DNA of 64,000 nucleotides, taken from an uncultured Candidatus Saccharibacteria bacterium. GTDB taxonomy: Bacteria > Patescibacteriota > Saccharimonadia > Saccharimonadales > Saccharimonadaceae. Under the pieces are notes generated by a model. The model saw only the letters and a list, made by a program, of their open reading frames with translations, was not told the origin of the DNA and made no database searches. The DNA is taken from contig CANBER010000001.1 of assembly GCA_947367795.1 (NCBI GenBank), forward strand, positions 1,498-65,497, written 5' to 3'. A program made the position numbers and the translations under genes. Below, in pieces: positions 9,152 to 18,322 of the stretch (within the stretch, counting starts at the first letter, position 1; every line of letters starts with the position of its first letter).

Positions 9152-12100
9152 TCAGACTACCAGATTAATCAGCTTAGCGTGTCCTGGGATGATAATTTTG
9201 CGGATGGATTTGCCGGAAATGAATTTCTGAACATTCGGATCGGCCAGAGCGAGCTCTTCGAGATATTTATGATCATCAATCTGATCAGCCGGCACACTAA
9301 GCTTGGCGCGGAGCTTACCATTAACCTGCACAACGAACTCTACAGTATCTGCAACGAGATACTTTTCGTCCCAAACCGGCCAAACGTCGTCTACAACTAA
9401 ATGTTCAAGCATTTCACTGGCCAGATGTGGAGAGAAAGGCTTGAGCAGCTTCGCTAATACAACTAGATCTTCATGCTCTGCGCCAGATTTATAGAGCGCA
9501 TTAACATATTCCATCAGGGCGGCGACGGCAGTATTGAAGCTGCAGCGGTGCAGGTCCTCGGTGACCTTCTTGATTGTTGCGTGACGCAATGTCCGGCACG
9601 GCTGATACTTGTTCTTTTCAGAACCCGCTCGCGCCGGCCTGTCGTTATAGGCGGCTTGCTCGCTTCGCTCGCCCCCAGTTGGTCGCGAAGAGTTCTGAGA
9701 AAGAACACTGTCAGCCGCTACTGCACCCCGATCCGTGCGACCCTCGGAATCCCCGAACACCAGCGTCCAGCAGCGGTTCAGGAAGCGGTAAACGCCACCG
9801 ATGGCTTGGGTGTCCCAAGCAGCGTCTTGATCGTAAGGACCGATAAACATTTCGTAGGTTCTTAAAGTATCCGCGCCGTAGCCGCTTTCAATTACTTCTA
9901 GAGGATCGATCACGTTCCCTTTACTCTTGCTCATTTTCTTGCCATCGGGAGCATTAATATAGCCATTGTAGAGTAATCTTGTGATCGGCTCTCGGAAGGG
10001 TAAGTAGCCTAAATCAGCAAAAAACTTACACCAAAATCTCACGTATAGCAAATGAGCTACGGCATGGTCACCACCGACATAGATGTCCGTCGGAGCCCAA
10101 TATTTGATCGCTGCCGGATCCCACGCCGCTTGATTGTCGTGCGGGCTAGTGTAGCGCCAGAGATACCAACTGGAGCAAGCATAGCCATCCAGCGTGTCAG
10201 TCTCGCGCGTACATTCAATGTCATTACCCTCAGTATCCTTCAAAGTGACCTTGAGCCAATCCTCGGCCTTGGCGAGCGGCGAGCGTCCAGTATCATCGGG
10301 CTGATAATCTTCGACTATAGGATGCATGACTGGGAGCTGGTCTTCTGGGATGGGGTGAACATTGCCGTCTTGATCATATGCCACTGGAATCGGACAGCCC
10401 CAGTAACGTTGACGAGAAATCAACCAATCGCGCATTTTGTAGGTCACTTTGTGGCGCCCAACGTGCATTTCTTCGAGCCAAGCCACGATTTGTTCGCGAG
10501 CATCCTCGCTGCGCGTGCCGTTAAATTGCGCAGAATTGACCAATTCTCCTTCACCGTGATAAATGCGGGCAGCGTCATTGCTATTTTCTGGTTTTTCGAC
10601 GACTTCGACTACCGGAAGGTTAAATTTTTCGGCAAATTCAAAATCACGCTCATCGTGTGCTGGCACAGCCATGATGGCGCCAGTACCATAGCCCATCAGG
10701 ACATAATCTGCTACCCAAATTGGGATTTGCTCACCGGTCGCCGGATTAATCGCATAACTACCCGTGAAGACGCCGGTCTTCTCTTTGTTTTCTTGACGTT
10801 CAATTTCTGACTTACGCAGCGCCGCATCACAATAAGCCCGGACTTGCTCTCTGGTGTCGTAATTGACAAGGTATTTGACCAAGGGGTGCTCGGGGGCAAG
10901 GACGAGGAAAGTGGCGCCGAAGATTGTATCGGGACGCGTGGTGAAGACGACAATACTATCTGCAGTATTGTCGTCTTCGCGTTGCTCAAGCTGGGCGATG
11001 CGGGCGAAACCGAGTGCGCATTCGGCTTCGATATTCTTATTAGCTTCTAACATTTCTTCGCGAGTCAGCCAGAGCGTATCTTGGATGGCTTGCTCCTCGG
11101 GAGATACGGCGTCACGCTCGTCGTCCTTTAAGACAAAGTAGACTTGGGTTGTCTCAACATCGCGATTGAGGTCTTTGTGCTCGGCATAGAACTGCGCACG
11201 ATAGTTACCTAAAATTCCCTTAAATTCCAAATTCTTGTAGCCGGTCTCTTCGAGCACCTCGCGACGAGCCGCAGTTTCGGCGTCTTCGTCGCCTTCGATC
11301 CCGCCCATCACGGGCGCAATACAATCCATTTTCTTGTAGCTGATAGCCAAGTACTTCCCTGCTACAGGGTCATAAACAAAGGCCTGGATCATGCGACGTT
11401 TGGTGTTCTTTTTACCCTCGCGGGGAGGCTCACCGATGAAATTTGGCCCACCGGCGATCTGGAACTCAATCTCCGCCCCCTCGGAACGACCAATCCAGTT
11501 TTTCTGCATGGTTTTGATTTTTTCGGGCCACTCGAGTGCATCGATCCCTTCCAGCAGCTCATCCGCGTAGTCGGTGATTTTGAAAAACCACTGCTTCATC
11601 TTTTTCTTCTCGACCTCGTGGCCACAGCGCCAGCATTTCCCACCTTCGACTTGCTCGTTGGCGAGGACGGTTTTGTCGACTGGACACCACCACTGGTAGG
11701 ATTCTTTTTGATAAGCCAGTCCAGCCTTAAAAAGCTGTAAGAAGCACCACTGCGTCCATTTGTAATATTCCGGATCGCTAGTATTGATCTCGCGGCTCCA
11801 GTCAACGGCGTAGCCCAGGCGTTTGGCTTGCTTGCGAAAGCTTTTGATATTGGCTGCGGTGGCGCTTTGAGGCGAAATGCCGGTTTTGATGGCATAATTT
11901 TCGGCCGGAAGGCCAAAGGTATCATAACCAAAGGGGCGTAGAACGTTCATTTCCTGTTGCATGTAGAAACGTGTGAGGACGTCGACGATGGTAAAATTAC
12001 GGACATGACCCACGTGCAGACCGGCTCCGGAGGGGTAGGGGAACATTTCGGCGAGATATTTTTTGGGTCGAGCAGAGTCGATGGGTCCGGCTTTGAAAGC

Positions 12101-12163
12101 AGCGGTCTCGTCCCAGATTTTTTGCCATTTTTGTTCAATCTTCAGAGGGTCATATCTATCCAT
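9152..12163 (-). CDS. leuS: leucine--tRNA ligase with inserted NUDIX domain
   Basis: FPYPSGAGLHVGH and KMSKSKGN class I motifs; TTRPDT editing motif; Nudix box at about 11240-11305. Confidence 0.97.
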   Translation of the reverse strand: MDRYDPLKIEQKWQKIWDETAAFKAGPIDSARPKKYLAEMFPYPSGAGLHVGHVRNFTIVDVLTRFYMQQEMNVLRPFGYDTFGLPAENYAIKTGISPQSATAANIKSFRKQAKRLGYAVDWSREINTSDPEYYKWTQWCFLQLFKAGLAYQKESYQWWCPVDKTVLANEQVEGGKCWRCGHEVEKKKMKQWFFKITDYADELLEGIDALEWPEKIKTMQKNWIGRSEGAEIEFQIAGGPNFIGEPPREGKKNTKRRMIQAFVYDPVAGKYLAISYKKMDCIAPVMGGIEGDEDAETAARREVLEETGYKNLEFKGILGNYRAQFYAEHKDLNRDVETTQVYFVLKDDERDAVSPEEQAIQDTLWLTREEMLEANKNIEAECALGFARIAQLEQREDDNTADSIVVFTTRPDTIFGATFLVLAPEHPLVKYLVNYDTREQVRAYCDAALRKSEIERQENKEKTGVFTGSYAINPATGEQIPIWVADYVLMGYGTGAIMAVPAHDERDFEFAEKFNLPVVEVVEKPENSNDAARIYHGEGELVNSAQFNGTRSEDAREQIVAWLEEMHVGRHKVTYKMRDWLISRQRYWGCPIPVAYDQDGNVHPIPEDQLPVMHPIVEDYQPDDTGRSPLAKAEDWLKVTLKDTEGNDIECTRETDTLDGYACSSWYLWRYTSPHDNQAAWDPAAIKYWAPTDIYVGGDHAVAHLLYVRFWCKFFADLGYLPFREPITRLLYNGYINAPDGKKMSKSKGNVIDPLEVIESGYGADTLRTYEMFIGPYDQDAAWDTQAIGGVYRFLNRCWTLVFGDSEGRTDRGAVAADSVLSQNSSRPTGGERSEQAAYNDRPARAGSEKNKYQPCRTLRHATIKKVTEDLHRCSFNTAVAALMEYVNALYKSGAEHEDLVVLAKLLKPFSPHLASEMLEHLVVDDVWPVWDEKYLVADTVEFVVQVNGKLRAKLSVPADQIDDHKYLEELALADPNVQKFISGKSIRKIIIPGHAKLINLVV
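9611..9706. repeat. 96-bp palindromic element in-frame inside leuS
   Basis: arms GTTCTTTTCAGAAC / GTTCTGAGAAAGAAC with inner tcgcg/cgcga; length is 32 codons. Confidence 0.65.
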
Positions 12164-12203
12164 AGATATAATTATAGCATAAAAGCCAGCACACTACCAA
12201 ATA

Positions 12204-12244
12204 TTGACTTTTTGGCACAAGTGTGATATAATGGAAGGATAGGC
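12204..12244 (+). promoter_or_regulatory. signature sigma70 promoter copy
   Basis: TATTGACTTTTTGGCACAAGTGTGATATAATGGAAGGATAGG. Confidence 0.8.
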
Positions 12245-12268
12245 CTATAGTTTCTGTCGCGAAGGTGA

Positions 12269-12559
12269 GTGAAGGAGATGCTAAGAGAGACTTTAAGTGC
12301 ACTTGAAGTAGAACTCGAGGCGCTGTCCGAAGATATCGGGGGAGACGCGATGCAGTCATGCGGAGACTCGCATATGAGCGAGTTATATGAAGAGCTTTTC
12401 CCGATCGAGAGTATGCCAGCTAGAACCAGCATCTTGCATAGAGCAGCTGAGCTGGACGTAAACGTAACGAAGCTTATCAACCAATACGGAGATACTGGAC
12501 GAAACATCGACGTCTGGACGTTTGTTTACCGCGCTCTGGGCGGGACCCAAGGAATCTGA
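12269..12559 (+). CDS. hypothetical protein (ORFan, about 96 aa)
   Basis: between the signature promoter and the hairpin at 12570-12594. Confidence 0.65.
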   Translation: MKEMLRETLSALEVELEALSEDIGGDAMQSCGDSHMSELYEELFPIESMPARTSILHRAAELDVNVTKLINQYGDTGRNIDVWTFVYRALGGTQGI

Positions 12560-12569
12560 CGTCATGAGT

Positions 12570-12594
12570 AGGCGCCTCTAGAGGGCGCCTTTTT
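12570..12594 (+). terminator. intrinsic terminator
   Basis: aggcgcc-tctagag-ggcgcct-tttt. Confidence 0.75.
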
Positions 12595-12613
12595 GTATGG
12601 TATAATGCGAGGT

Positions 12614-13156
12614 ATGAAACTAACTTTGGTACTACATAATATTCGTTCCGCCTACAATGTGGGGGCGATTTTGAGGACGGCTGAGGGACTAGGCGTGGAA
12701 AAGGTAGTGCTGTCTGGCTATACCCCACGTTACAATGATACGGAGATTTTGCCGCATTTACGGGAAAAATTGAATCATCAGATCGAAAAGTCAGCTTTGG
12801 GTGCAGAAAAACTGGTTTTACAGGAAAATTTGGGCAAAAATCTGGCGGATCTATTGACTTTTCTTGATAAGTATGGTATAATGGAGGGATATACCCTAGT
12901 CGGGCTAGAAAATAACCTTAATGAGGCAGAACAAGCTCGACAGCTGATCTTGGGTAGTGAGAAATCACGGGAAATTTGCCAGAAAGCAGAGAAATTGGTG
13001 CTAGTGCTGGGTGAAGAAGTCGGGGGGATTGCCCCGGAAATACGAGCCAAGATGGAATATTTCCTAGAAATCCCAATGCATGGCAAGAAGGAATCTTTTA
13101 ATGTTTCAGTAGCGGCAAGTATCGCGATGTGGGGGTTGATGTGTTACAATAATTAA
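12614..13156 (+). CDS. TrmH/SpoU family RNA methyltransferase
   Basis: LHNIRSAYNVGAILRTAEGLG; LVLGEEVGGI; EIPMHGKKESFNVSVAASI. Confidence 0.92.
   Translation: MKLTLVLHNIRSAYNVGAILRTAEGLGVEKVVLSGYTPRYNDTEILPHLREKLNHQIEKSALGAEKLVLQENLGKNLADLLTFLDKYGIMEGYTLVGLENNLNEAEQARQLILGSEKSREICQKAEKLVLVLGEEVGGIAPEIRAKMEYFLEIPMHGKKESFNVSVAASIAMWGLMCYNN
12854..12890 (+). promoter_or_regulatory. signature promoter copy embedded in the TrmH CDS
   Basis: CTATTGACTTTTCTTGATAAGTATGGTATAATGGAGGGAT, 17-bp spacer. Confidence 0.65.
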
Positions 13157-13185
13157 TGCAATAGTACTTTAAGGAGGTAGCGAAT

Positions 13186-13989
13186 ATGAACGGATTGACA
13201 AACAATCTCATTGATCTGGCTGGTTTGTTTTCGCTGGATGGTATCAGGATCCATATTAGCAATATGGATGAAATCAGGCTGAACGCGCGGGAGGGCACAG
13301 ATATGCCTGGGGTGGTGAGCCGCTATGATGTGGGAGTAGATTTTACCCAGCCGACGTTTCGGAAGGTCTTTTTGCAGGGTATGGTCATCACCGACGAAAT
13401 GTGTGTACGGTATTTGTTAAGGTTGCCCACTAGACAGCTCCAACCTCTGGGCGATGAGTCGCTGACGATGCGCGAAGCGGAGATGCTGAAGGTTTTTAAC
13501 GACCTGCCCGAGGATGAACAGGAGAATATTCGGACGCAGGTACGGCAGGAGATTGAGTCGAAACTGATTGGCGAAAATCCTAGCTGGGTGATTTGGGTCG
13601 TGGCACTGCATATTGACCATATCACCTTGACCTGCCACGATAAAGACGACATGACCAATATCAACATGATCGACGTATGTGCGGAGAATCTTACGCTGAA
13701 GATCAGACTGCAACCACACATGGTGATCGGCGAGAAGACTGGAGGGACAGAGCAGGGCGCCGGAACCGGAAAGATGGACCGTGAGACCAAAAGGTATCAA
13801 GAGCATGTGCCGGACGGGCAGAGTGATCGACGGGAGCCGTTGACGATCGACTACGCCATTTCGGGAAGTGGTGAACGCGGACATACGCGGACATTATTAC
13901 TACGGACCTATTTTGGCGAGCGGCAGTTTTCGACCATGCAGTACACGATCCATGCGATGGAACTGGCCAGACGACTGAAATCTTGCTGA
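13186..13989 (+). CDS. hypothetical protein (ORFan, 267 aa)
   Basis: AAGGAGGT RBS; terminator at 14011-14034. Confidence 0.8.
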   Translation: MNGLTNNLIDLAGLFSLDGIRIHISNMDEIRLNAREGTDMPGVVSRYDVGVDFTQPTFRKVFLQGMVITDEMCVRYLLRLPTRQLQPLGDESLTMREAEMLKVFNDLPEDEQENIRTQVRQEIESKLIGENPSWVIWVVALHIDHITLTCHDKDDMTNINMIDVCAENLTLKIRLQPHMVIGEKTGGTEQGAGTGKMDRETKRYQEHVPDGQSDRREPLTIDYAISGSGERGHTRTLLLRTYFGERQFSTMQYTIHAMELARRLKSC

Positions 13990-14010
13990 TTTTTGCTTCA
14001 AAACCTCTTG

Positions 14011-14034
14011 CAGGCCGCCCGAACGGGCGGCCTG
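14011..14034. terminator. terminator between convergent genes
   Basis: caggccgccc-gaac-gggcggcctg. Confidence 0.75.
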
Positions 14035-14036
14035 AA

Positions 14037-14768
14037 CTATTTGATGAGTTTTTCGGCGTCGCTGAGGGGCTGGATGCCCGAAGCGCTAGAGAAGCCATCG
14101 TAATAATTGGTCTTAATTGGCGAATGGCCGATCTTATTGGCGGCTTCGACGATTTCTCGGATGTCATCGGTGAGCCGGTAGATCTTAAGATCGCTCTTTG
14201 ATACCAGACCAAAGGGGACCATTTTGTTTTGATAAAATTTGTCGAGTGGACGCCAGAAACTTTTGCCGAAGAGGAAAACCGGCATCTTGGGCATTTTGCC
14301 TTCTTGCATCAAAATCGTAATCTCGGTGAGCTCGTCCATGGTGCCGAGTCCGCCAGGGAAAGCAACATAGACTTTAGCCGACATCGCAAGCATGACTTTG
14401 CGAGCAAAGAAATACTGAAACTGCAGAGTATCCGTGAGATAAGGATTGGGGTGTTGCTCGTGCCGGAGGGTGATATTGAGACCGATACTGCGGCCGCCGT
14501 ATTCAAAGGCGCCGCGATTGGCGGCTTCCATGATGCCCGGACCACCGCCGGTGATGACAGCGTGGCCGTTTTGGGCGAGCAACTGCCCCAGTTCGCGAGC
14601 TTTTTGACAATATTTATTATCCTGAGGAAGACGGGCAGAACCAAAAATCGTCACACCTTGCGGAAAAGTGCGGACAATCTTAAGCCCACGTTCGAGATCG
14701 TTGGCGTAGGCTTTCGCGCGTTCAACGTCGGCGGCTTCGAGCTGTTTTAGGATTTCTTCATCTAACAT
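14037..14768 (-). CDS. LOG family (TIGR00730-like) Rossmann-fold protein
   Basis: ITGGGPGIMEAANRG; FFARKVML; FPGGLGTMDEL. Confidence 0.93.
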   Translation of the reverse strand: MLDEEILKQLEAADVERAKAYANDLERGLKIVRTFPQGVTIFGSARLPQDNKYCQKARELGQLLAQNGHAVITGGGPGIMEAANRGAFEYGGRSIGLNITLRHEQHPNPYLTDTLQFQYFFARKVMLAMSAKVYVAFPGGLGTMDELTEITILMQEGKMPKMPVFLFGKSFWRPLDKFYQNKMVPFGLVSKSDLKIYRLTDDIREIVEAANKIGHSPIKTNYYDGFSSASGIQPLSDAEKLIK

Positions 14769-14778
14769 AGTTCCCTTT

Positions 14779-15753
14779 CTAGAATTTAATTTCTGTGATC
14801 AATTGGCAAGGCATCGGATGGAGATCGACGGTACGGGTGAGAATCCCGGCTTTGGCACCGTATTTTGTGACCACGCTGGCAGCGTTGGCCGCAGCGAAGC
14901 ACAGAGCCTCGCGAAAACTCTGGCCGTCCGCCCATGCAGCCAAAAATCCAGCGCCAAAAGCATCGCCGGCACCCGTAGAGTCGCGCATGCGGACTTGTTC
15001 GTAAACTCCTAGGCGATAAACCTCCTCGTGATTAGTGGCGATTGAGCCCATCTCGCCATCCGTAATGATAACAGTCGGGCAATACGCGGCTAAGTGGGTC
15101 AAGAGTTCAGTCAAAACTACGCCGGGGACGATCTTGGCAGCTTCGCGTTTATTGAGTAAGAGGACGTCGACATCACTCAGTAAGCCGATCAGCTTGGGCA
15201 GCTCGGAGATTTCCTTTTCGCCGGGATTAAACATCACTTTGGTGCCAAGAGCGTGAGCTTTTTCGAAAAGCGCCAGGAGCTGATACATGTCTCCACGCAA
15301 GCTTGTAACGTAAATCCAATCAGGATGGATAACATTGAGCTGGCTAGGGTCGAGATTGCTGAATTTGCCAGAGACACCGCGATGAGTCAGGATGGTGCGT
15401 TCGCCTTTTTTCGCGTCCAGTAAGATTACAGAGCAACCAGTCTTGCCGCGCGGGAAAGAGATAAATCCAGTATCGACATTCTCTTCGTCCAGGCAAGCCA
15501 AGATCGCTTCGCCTGCGGCGTCCTGCGCGATATTACTCAACAAAATCGACTCGTGTCCAAAGCGGGCAAAAGTCACAGCCGCATTCGTGCCGCCCCCGCC
15601 GACTTCATAGCTAATGCGATCAATGTCAATCTTATCGCCGATCACCATGCGACCAAAAATGGAAGCTCCAGCGACTTCGGAGCCAGCAAAATCGTCACGG
15701 TCGATCAGGTAAATATCCTGCAGGGCACTGCCGACAGAGACGATACGCGCCAT
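14779..15753 (-). CDS. PfkB-family carbohydrate kinase
   Basis: GGGGTNAAV and DSTGAGDAFGAGF. Confidence 0.93.
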   Translation of the reverse strand: MARIVSVGSALQDIYLIDRDDFAGSEVAGASIFGRMVIGDKIDIDRISYEVGGGGTNAAVTFARFGHESILLSNIAQDAAGEAILACLDEENVDTGFISFPRGKTGCSVILLDAKKGERTILTHRGVSGKFSNLDPSQLNVIHPDWIYVTSLRGDMYQLLALFEKAHALGTKVMFNPGEKEISELPKLIGLLSDVDVLLLNKREAAKIVPGVVLTELLTHLAAYCPTVIITDGEMGSIATNHEEVYRLGVYEQVRMRDSTGAGDAFGAGFLAAWADGQSFREALCFAAANAASVVTKYGAKAGILTRTVDLHPMPCQLITEIKF

Positions 15754-16401
15754 TTAGATGAGAACTCCCTTCTTTTCTGATTCGGTGATTAGGGACTGAT
15801 ACATCGCGGCAGGATCTGCGGCCTGAGTAATAGCGCTACCGACATTAATGACATCAATATTGGCATGGGCCAGAGCACGGATATTGCTTAGATTGGCCCC
15901 GCCATCCCAGCCAACTTCGATTTCCGGCTTAATGGCACGAATTAGTGGGACCTTTTCGATCTGCATCATATCAATTGCTCCACCCTGGCGCCCAAGCTCG
16001 CCGGCAAAAATCATGGCGTGATCGGCACTAGCAATCAACTCGCGTACGCGCCCGGGGAAAGTGGTTTTGATCAGGGCAATACCGGTTTTGATTCCGGCGG
16101 CACCGAGTTTAGAGAAGATTTCGGAGAGGTCATCGTCCACTTCGGCGTGTAGAATGCAAAGGCTAGGCTTCAAAGCAAGAATGTGCGCCAGATGTTCACT
16201 GGGGCGAGCCGTCATGAGATGCAAATCGACAGTGATGCCCTCCGGCACGGCCATGCCTGCCAGCTGGACGGTCGTAGTCGGGGCGAAGCTGCCATCGGAA
16301 ACGTCGATTTGGATGCGACTGGCGAATTGTTTGAATTTGGTGAGGTTAGTCGCAAAAACTTCAGGATTATCGGTGGTGATCGTAGGAACAATCAAAGCCA
16401 T
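15754..16401 (-). CDS. rpe: ribulose-phosphate 3-epimerase
   Basis: QIDVSDG, DLHLM, WDGGAN, INVGSAI. Confidence 0.88.
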   Translation of the reverse strand: MALIVPTITTDNPEVFATNLTKFKQFASRIQIDVSDGSFAPTTTVQLAGMAVPEGITVDLHLMTARPSEHLAHILALKPSLCILHAEVDDDLSEIFSKLGAAGIKTGIALIKTTFPGRVRELIASADHAMIFAGELGRQGGAIDMMQIEKVPLIRAIKPEIEVGWDGGANLSNIRALAHANIDVINVGSAITQAADPAAMYQSLITESEKKGVLI

Positions 16402-16404
16402 AAA

Positions 16405-16935
16405 CTATTCTTCCTCATCCTCGTCAGCGTCGTCTTTACTAGTGGCCGTCTTAACACGAAATCCGCCTTCAAATTCGGCTGGGTTTTGGTCAAGGCGCGC
16501 TACACGACGACTATAGCGTTTTTCTGTGGAGGGTCGAGCGTGGCAGAAGGCCTTAATCAACTGCTCCATCGTATCGACATCAAGCTCATCGGCTGCTAGG
16601 CAGAGGATGTTAGCGTGGTCATGTTCGCGGCCGAGGCGAGCAGAGTCTATCGTAGTCGCATTGATAGCGCGGGCACCCTTGATACGATTGGCCTGCATAC
16701 AGACTCCGTGGGCTGAGCCACAAAGTAGGACTCCGATGGAATGTTCGTTTTCGGCAACTGCTTGGGCTACTGCGATCGCAGGATCGTTAAAGTCATCATC
16801 TTCAACATAGCTCTCAGCACCCATATCTTCGACGGTGACATTCTCATGACACTCATTAAGCATTGGAAAGAGCTCTTCCTTCTTTTTGAAACCACGATGA
16901 TCAGCACCGAGATAAATTCGATATTCTGGTAGCAT
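16405..16935 (-). CDS. rpiB: ribose-5-phosphate isomerase B
   Basis: LGADHRGF; LCGSAHGVCMQANRIKGARA; REHDHANIL. Confidence 0.92.
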   Translation of the reverse strand: MLPEYRIYLGADHRGFKKKEELFPMLNECHENVTVEDMGAESYVEDDDFNDPAIAVAQAVAENEHSIGVLLCGSAHGVCMQANRIKGARAINATTIDSARLGREHDHANILCLAADELDVDTMEQLIKAFCHARPSTEKRYSRRVARLDQNPAEFEGGFRVKTATSKDDADEDEEE

Positions 16936-16961
16936 AATTCCTCCTTCTTTTTCTCAGTCTA

Positions 16962-17966
16962 TTATATTTCGCGTCCAAAATCAACAGATAGCTCTACCAA
17001 GCGATTTGAGTATCCCCATTCGTTATCGTACCAAGTTATAACTTTGACGAGATTGCCGCCTACGACGTCAGTGAGCGGCAGGTCGATAATGGCAGAGTGA
17101 GAATTACCCCGGAAATCGGAGCTGACGAGCTCGTCGTGAGTGACAGCAAGAATGCCTTCGTAGTAGGGCTCGCGGGAGGCTTTTTCGAAAACTGCGTTGA
17201 GCTCATCGCGCGTAACATCGCGCTTCAAAACGGCAGTAATGTCCGACATGGAAACCACTAAGGTCGGAACGCGCACGCTCAGGCCGTTGAATTTGTCTTC
17301 GAGGCTGGGAATGGTCAGAGCAGTGGCTTTGGAAGCGCCAGTGGCGGTCGGGACAATATTGACCGCAGCAGCACGGGATTCGCGCAGATCCTTGGCAGCG
17401 TCGTCGACTAGTCTTTGTGAAGCGGTATAGGAATGCACGGTAGTCATCATGGCTTTTTCGACGCCGAAATTGTCCTCGATAACTTTCATGACGGGAGCAA
17501 TGCAGTTGGTGGTGCAGCTCGCACAAGACAGAATATCGTCATCAGCGGTCACGACCTCTTCATTGACACCAAGAACTACGGTCTTGGCGCCGGGGCCTTT
17601 GGCTGGAGCAGAAATAATGACCTTGCGCGCGCCGGCTTTGATGTGGGCACGAGCGTCGGCGGGATTACAAAACCGCCCGGTGCACTCCATAACGGCGTCA
17701 ATTTTGAGACGATCCCAAGGTAAGCGGATGGGGTCGGGCTCGTTTAAAAATAGAATCTTGACGCCATCGACGATAATATGCTTGTCGTCGTAGCTAACGT
17801 CATGATCGTAAACACCGTAGGCAGAGTCGTACTTGAGAAGATGAGCGAACGTGCCAGCATCACCCAAACTATTAATCGCAACAATTTCAGCGTCTCGGCG
17901 TTCAAAAGCAATCTTGAAAGCACAACGTCCAATCCTACCGAATCCGTTGATTGCTAATCTCACCAT
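16962..17966 (-). CDS. gap: type I glyceraldehyde-3-phosphate dehydrogenase
   Basis: INGFGRIGR; ASCTTNC; WYDNEWGYS. Confidence 0.98.
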   Translation of the reverse strand: MVRLAINGFGRIGRCAFKIAFERRDAEIVAINSLGDAGTFAHLLKYDSAYGVYDHDVSYDDKHIIVDGVKILFLNEPDPIRLPWDRLKIDAVMECTGRFCNPADARAHIKAGARKVIISAPAKGPGAKTVVLGVNEEVVTADDDILSCASCTTNCIAPVMKVIEDNFGVEKAMMTTVHSYTASQRLVDDAAKDLRESRAAAVNIVPTATGASKATALTIPSLEDKFNGLSVRVPTLVVSMSDITAVLKRDVTRDELNAVFEKASREPYYEGILAVTHDELVSSDFRGNSHSAIIDLPLTDVVGGNLVKVITWYDNEWGYSNRLVELSVDFGREI

Positions 17967-18128
17967 TTATTTTGCCTCCTACTTCTACTTAGTAATCATT
18001 ATAGCATAAACTCTTCACAGTGAAAGTATTGACTTTTGTGTGCCTTTATGGATTCAATCGCTCCCGTTTTTTTAAAGCTCCAGTTGCGATGGAATGAATT
18101 GCGCTGTTCTAGGATATCCTTTAGTAGC

Positions 18129-18149
18129 TTACGTTTTTCAAAAACGTAA
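18129..18149. repeat. palindrome P1
   Basis: TTACGTTTTT-C-AAAAACGTAA. Confidence 0.9.
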
Positions 18150-18190
18150 AGTAGTTTGATGGCCAATAACAGAGGTGAGATACGAAAAAG

Positions 18191-18220
18191 TACCTTACGT
18201 TTTTTAAAAAACGTAAGGTA
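18191..18220. repeat. perfect 30-bp palindrome P2
   Basis: TACCTTACGTTTTTTAAAAAACGTAAGGTA. Confidence 0.95.
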
Positions 18221-18322
18221 GCGGTGGCTGGAGTTTTTTGTAAAAGTGCGAGATAGGCCTTTAGGGACTATCTCAACACTACGTACGGGTTCTAGTAATA
18301 TATAACTATAGCCTCACCTCCT

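Noticed and set aside
18314-18322. TCACCTCCT / AGGAGGTGA as an anti-SD or SD signal
   Set aside because: No start codon follows on the SD strand; better explained as in-frame S-P-P codons.
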